Below are positions 59,053-64,000 of a DNA stretch of 64,000 nt, piece by piece (position 1 is the first letter of the stretch; each line of letters starts with the position of its first letter). The translations under genes were made by a program, and so were the position numbers. A model generated the notes under the pieces. That model searched no databases and was not told the origin of the DNA. It was given only the letters and a program-made list of their open reading frames with translations. The DNA is from Escherichia coli (GTDB taxonomy: Bacteria > Pseudomonadota > Gammaproteobacteria > Enterobacterales > Enterobacteriaceae). The stretch lies in NCBI RefSeq assembly GCF_003334385.1, contig NZ_QOWN01000002.1; one strand, written 5' to 3'.

Positions 59053-61725
59053 TTAAGCAATGGTACGTTGGATCTCGATGATTTCGAATACTTCGATCAC
59101 ATCGCCAGTGCGGACGTCGTTGTAGTTCTTAACGCCGATACCACATTCCATACCGTTACGGACTTCGTTAACGTCATCTTTGAAGCGGCGCAGGGACTCC
59201 AGCTCGCCTTCGTAGATAACCACGTTGTCACGCAGAACGCGGATCGGGTTGTGACGTTTAACCACACCTTCGGTAACCATACAGCCTGCGATGGCACCAA
59301 ATTTCGGCGATTTGAACACGTCACGAACTTCCGCCAGACCGATAATCTGCTGTTTCAGTTCCGGAGACAGCATACCGCTCATCGCCGCTTTCACTTCGTC
59401 AATCAGGTTATAGATGACGGAGTAGTAACGCAGATCCAGGCTTTCCGCTTCAATCACTTTACGTGCAGAGGCATCAGCACGTACGTTAAAGCCAACCAGG
59501 ATGGCGTTGGACGCCGCAGCCAGGGTGGCGTCGGTTTCGGTGATACCACCTACGCCAGAACCGATGATCTTCACTTTAACTTCGTCAGTAGACAGTTTCA
59601 GCAAGGAGTCGGAGATCGCTTCGACAGAACCCTGTACGTCTGCCTTCAGGACGATATTCACTTCGTGAACTTCGCCTTCGGTCATGTTGGCGAACATGTT
59701 CTCGAGTTTAGATTTCTGCTGACGCGCCAGTTTAACTTCGCGGAATTTACCCTGACGATAGAGTGCAACTTCACGCGCTTTCTTCTCGTCACGTACAACG
59801 GTAACTTCATCACCCGCAGCCGGTACGCCGGACAGGCCGAGGATTTCCACCGGAATGGACGGACCCGCTTCCAGCACTTCCTGACCCAGTTCGTTACGCA
59901 TCGCACGAACACGACCGTATTCGAAGCCACACAGAACGATATCGCCCTTGTGCAGAGTACCTTCACGTACCAGAACGGTAGCAACCGGACCACGACCTTT
60001 ATCGAGGAAGGATTCGATAACCGCACCGCTCGCCATACCTTTACGTACCGCTTTCAGCTCCAGAACTTCCGCCTGCAGCAGGATAGCGTCCAGCAGTTCA
60101 TCGATACCGGTACCCGCTTTCGCAGATACGTGTACGAACTGGCTTTCACCGCCCCACTCTTCCGGCAGGATGCCGTACTGGGAGAGTTCGTTCTTAACGC
60201 GATCCGGATCAGCTTCTGGTTTATCGATCTTGTTCACTGCAACCACCACCGGTACCTGCGCCGCTTTCGCGTGCTGGATTGCTTCGATGGTCTGCGGCAT
60301 CACACCGTCGTCGGCAGCAACAACCAGGACTACGATGTCCGTTGCCTGCGCACCACGAGCACGCATTGAAGTAAACGCGGCGTGCCCCGGGGTGTCCAGG
60401 AAGGTGATCATGCCGTTTTCAGTTTCAACGTGGTATGCACCAATGTGCTGGGTAATGCCGCCCGCTTCGCCAGAGGCCACTTTCGTTGAACGAATGTAGT
60501 CCAGCAGAGAGGTTTTACCGTGGTCAACGTGACCCATGATGGTCACAACCGGCGCGCGCGGTTCAGCCGCAGCACCCGTGTCACGGTCGCTCATTACCGC
60601 CTCTTCCAGCTCGTTTTCACGACGCAGGATAACTTTATGGCCCATCTCTTCAGCAACCAGCTGTGCGGTTTCCTGATCGATAACCTGGTTGATGGTTGCC
60701 ATTGCGCCCAGTTTCATCATCGCTTTGATGACCTGAGAGCCTTTAACCGCCATCTTGTTCGCCAGTTCGCCAACGGTGATAGTTTCGCCGATCACAACGT
60801 CACGGTTAACGGCCTGAGCAGGCTTCTGGAAGCCTTGCTGCAGCGAAGAACCTTTACGTTTTCCGCCTTTACCGCCACGTACTGCTGCGCGTGCTTCTTC
60901 ACGATCAGCTTTTGATTCAGCGTGTTTGTTGCCTTTCTTCGGACGCGCTGCTTTCGCGTTACGACCACGGCCACGGCCGCCTTCGACTTCACGATCGCTT
61001 TCGTCTTCTGCCTGGCGAGCATGTTGAGAAGTAGTGACGTGATAATCGCTGGAATCTTCAGTCGGTTCCGCGTTATCAGTCCATTTGTTTTCTTCCGCCA
61101 TACGACGTGCTTCTTCAGCAACGCGACGTGCTTCTTCTTCGAGTTTACGACGCGCTTCTTCTTCAGCTTTACGCTTGAGCTCTGCAGCTTCCTGCTCACG
61201 GCGGGCTTTTTCAGCCTGGGCGTTTTTAGTCATATCGTCTTGTTGATTGCTCACTTTGTCTTTTTCCGCAGCTTCACGTTTCGCTTGTTCAGCAGCTTCA
61301 CGCTTAGCTTGTTCTGCGGCCTCACGTTCAGCTTTTTGTTGCGCCTCGCGTTTAGCCGATTCTTCTGCCTCACGACGGGCTTGCTCTTCCGCTTCACGCT
61401 GCGCTTGCTCTTCCGCTGCAAGGCGTTCAGCCTCTTGCGGATCGCGTTTCACAAAGGTGCGTTTCTTGCGGACTTCGATTTGTACCGATTTGCTTTTTCC
61501 ACCGGTACCAGGAATGTTAAGGGTGCTGCGTGTTTTACGTTGCAGCGTCAATTTGTCCGGGCCTGAATTTTTCTGATTCAGGTGGTCAATCAAAGTCTGT
61601 TTCTCTTGTGCAGACACAGAGTCGTCAGCAGACTTCCGGATACCTGCATCAGCAAATTGCTGTACCAGGCGTTCCACGGAGGTCTGTCGCTCTGCGGCCA
61701 GCGTTTTAATCGTTACATCTGTCAT
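59053..61725 (-). CDS. infB: Translation initiation factor IF-2, 890 aa (internal in-frame starts for IF2-beta/gamma at codons 158 GUG and 165 AUG)
   Basis: GTPase motifs [18 protein letters not shown]; Ala/Glu/Lys/Arg-rich repetitive N-terminal domain; V158 and M165 present. Confidence 0.97.
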
Positions 61726-61749
61726 GCTGTTCCTTCCTGCTACAGTTTA

Positions 61750-63237
<1,488 letters not shown>

Positions 63238-63264
63238 CGCGGGCTTTTCACCTCATCCAGACTA

Positions 63265-63717
63265 TTAAAAGTGGGGAACCAGGTTCGCCTTCTGGATATT
63301 ACTCAGCGCGAACACTTCATCTTTACCTTCGACGGTAACTGTGATCATTTCACCGTCTACCGCTTTGATAACGCCCTGCCATTTACGACGGTTTTGTACC
63401 GCCATACGGAGAACCAGAGTCACCTCTTCTCCGACAAAACGGGCGTAGTGTTCAGCCGTGAACAGTGGGCGATCGAGACCCGGTGAGGAGACTTCCAGGT
63501 TATAAGCAACGGTGATGGGATCTTCAACATCCAGCACAGCACTTACCTGGTGGCTCACATCAGCACAATCATCAACATTGATGCCATCTTCACTATCAAT
63601 ATAGATGCGCAGTGTGGATGTGCGACCGCGAATAAATTCGATGCCAACCAGTTCAAAACCCAGGGCCTCAACTGGCGCAGTAATCATCTCTGTTAATTTT
63701 TGCTCTAATGTGGACAA
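63265..63717 (-). CDS. rimP: Ribosome maturation factor RimP (YhbC), 150 aa, UUG start
   Basis: TTG-initiated [28 protein letters not shown]…; first gene of the nusA-infB operon after metY. Confidence 0.9.
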
Positions 63718-63735
63718 GCCCACCCCCAAGACATA

Positions 63736-63800
63736 AAAAAAGGGCCTAAAGCCCAGTTATTCTGTAGTCAGATAACAAAAAACCCCGATAAATCGGGGCT
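63736..63800 (-). terminator. Two rho-independent terminator-like hairpins between metY and rimP
   Basis: Reverse strand agccccgat-tt-atcggggt + TTTTTT (about 63774-63800) and gggcttta-ggccc + TTTTTTT (about 63736-63760). Confidence 0.5.
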
Positions 63801-63923
63801 TTATATAACTGAACCCTATAACCGCAACTGCGGTCTGGAGCACTTTCCAGAAGGATTTTTTCAAATCCCACTACGAAGGCCGAAGTCTTCACAGTATATT
63901 TGAAAAAGGACTCTAAGGGAAAG

Positions 63924-64000
<77 letters not shown>

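Noticed and set aside
58654-60369. 571-aa plus-strand ORF antisense to infB/rbfA, and the 489-aa ORF at 61582-63051 antisense to nusA
   Set aside because: Both lie entirely opposite well-recognised essential genes; composition is that of reverse-frame read-through, not a real protein

Overview
This window reads as a contiguous piece of an Escherichia coli chromosome (the K-12 70-71 min region), with gene content and order I recognise throughout: cyuA(start)-cyuP, the anaerobic threonine/serine operon tdcABCDEFG with tdcR, the AT-rich orphan genes yhaB-yhaC, rnpB (RNase P RNA) with its 113-bp tandem repeats, the glucarate/galactarate genes garK-garR-garL-garP and garD, the prlF-yhaV toxin-antitoxin pair, the complete N-acetylgalactosamine/galactosamine cluster (agaR, kbaZ, agaVWEFA, agaS, kbaY, agaBCD, agaI), the cryptic chaperone-usher fimbrial operon yraHIJK, rsmI, lpoA-yraN-diaA-dolP, yraQ, yraR, yhbO, yhbP, yhbQ, yhbS, ubiT, ubiU-ubiV, yhbW, mtr, deaD, nlpI, and the pnp-rpsO-truB-rbfA-infB-nusA-rimP-metY cluster. 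Two features suggest a non-K-12 strain: agaW-agaE-agaF-agaA are intact (K-12 carries a deletion here), and metY encodes G46 rather than A46. I found no transposase, integrase, phage gene, CRISPR array or foreign insertion; every gene junction is the canonical one. I therefore cannot support a claim of a new biological system. The most defensible leads are the low-GC tdcR-yhaB-yhaC island (YhaC is a pentapeptide-repeat protein of unknown function), an apparent missing canonical start codon in agaB, and the rnpB-derived tandem repeats. CDS coordinates include the stop codon; several starts are trimmed from the ORF track to match the protein N-termini I recognise. All identifications rest on reading translations and motifs by eye, with no database search run.
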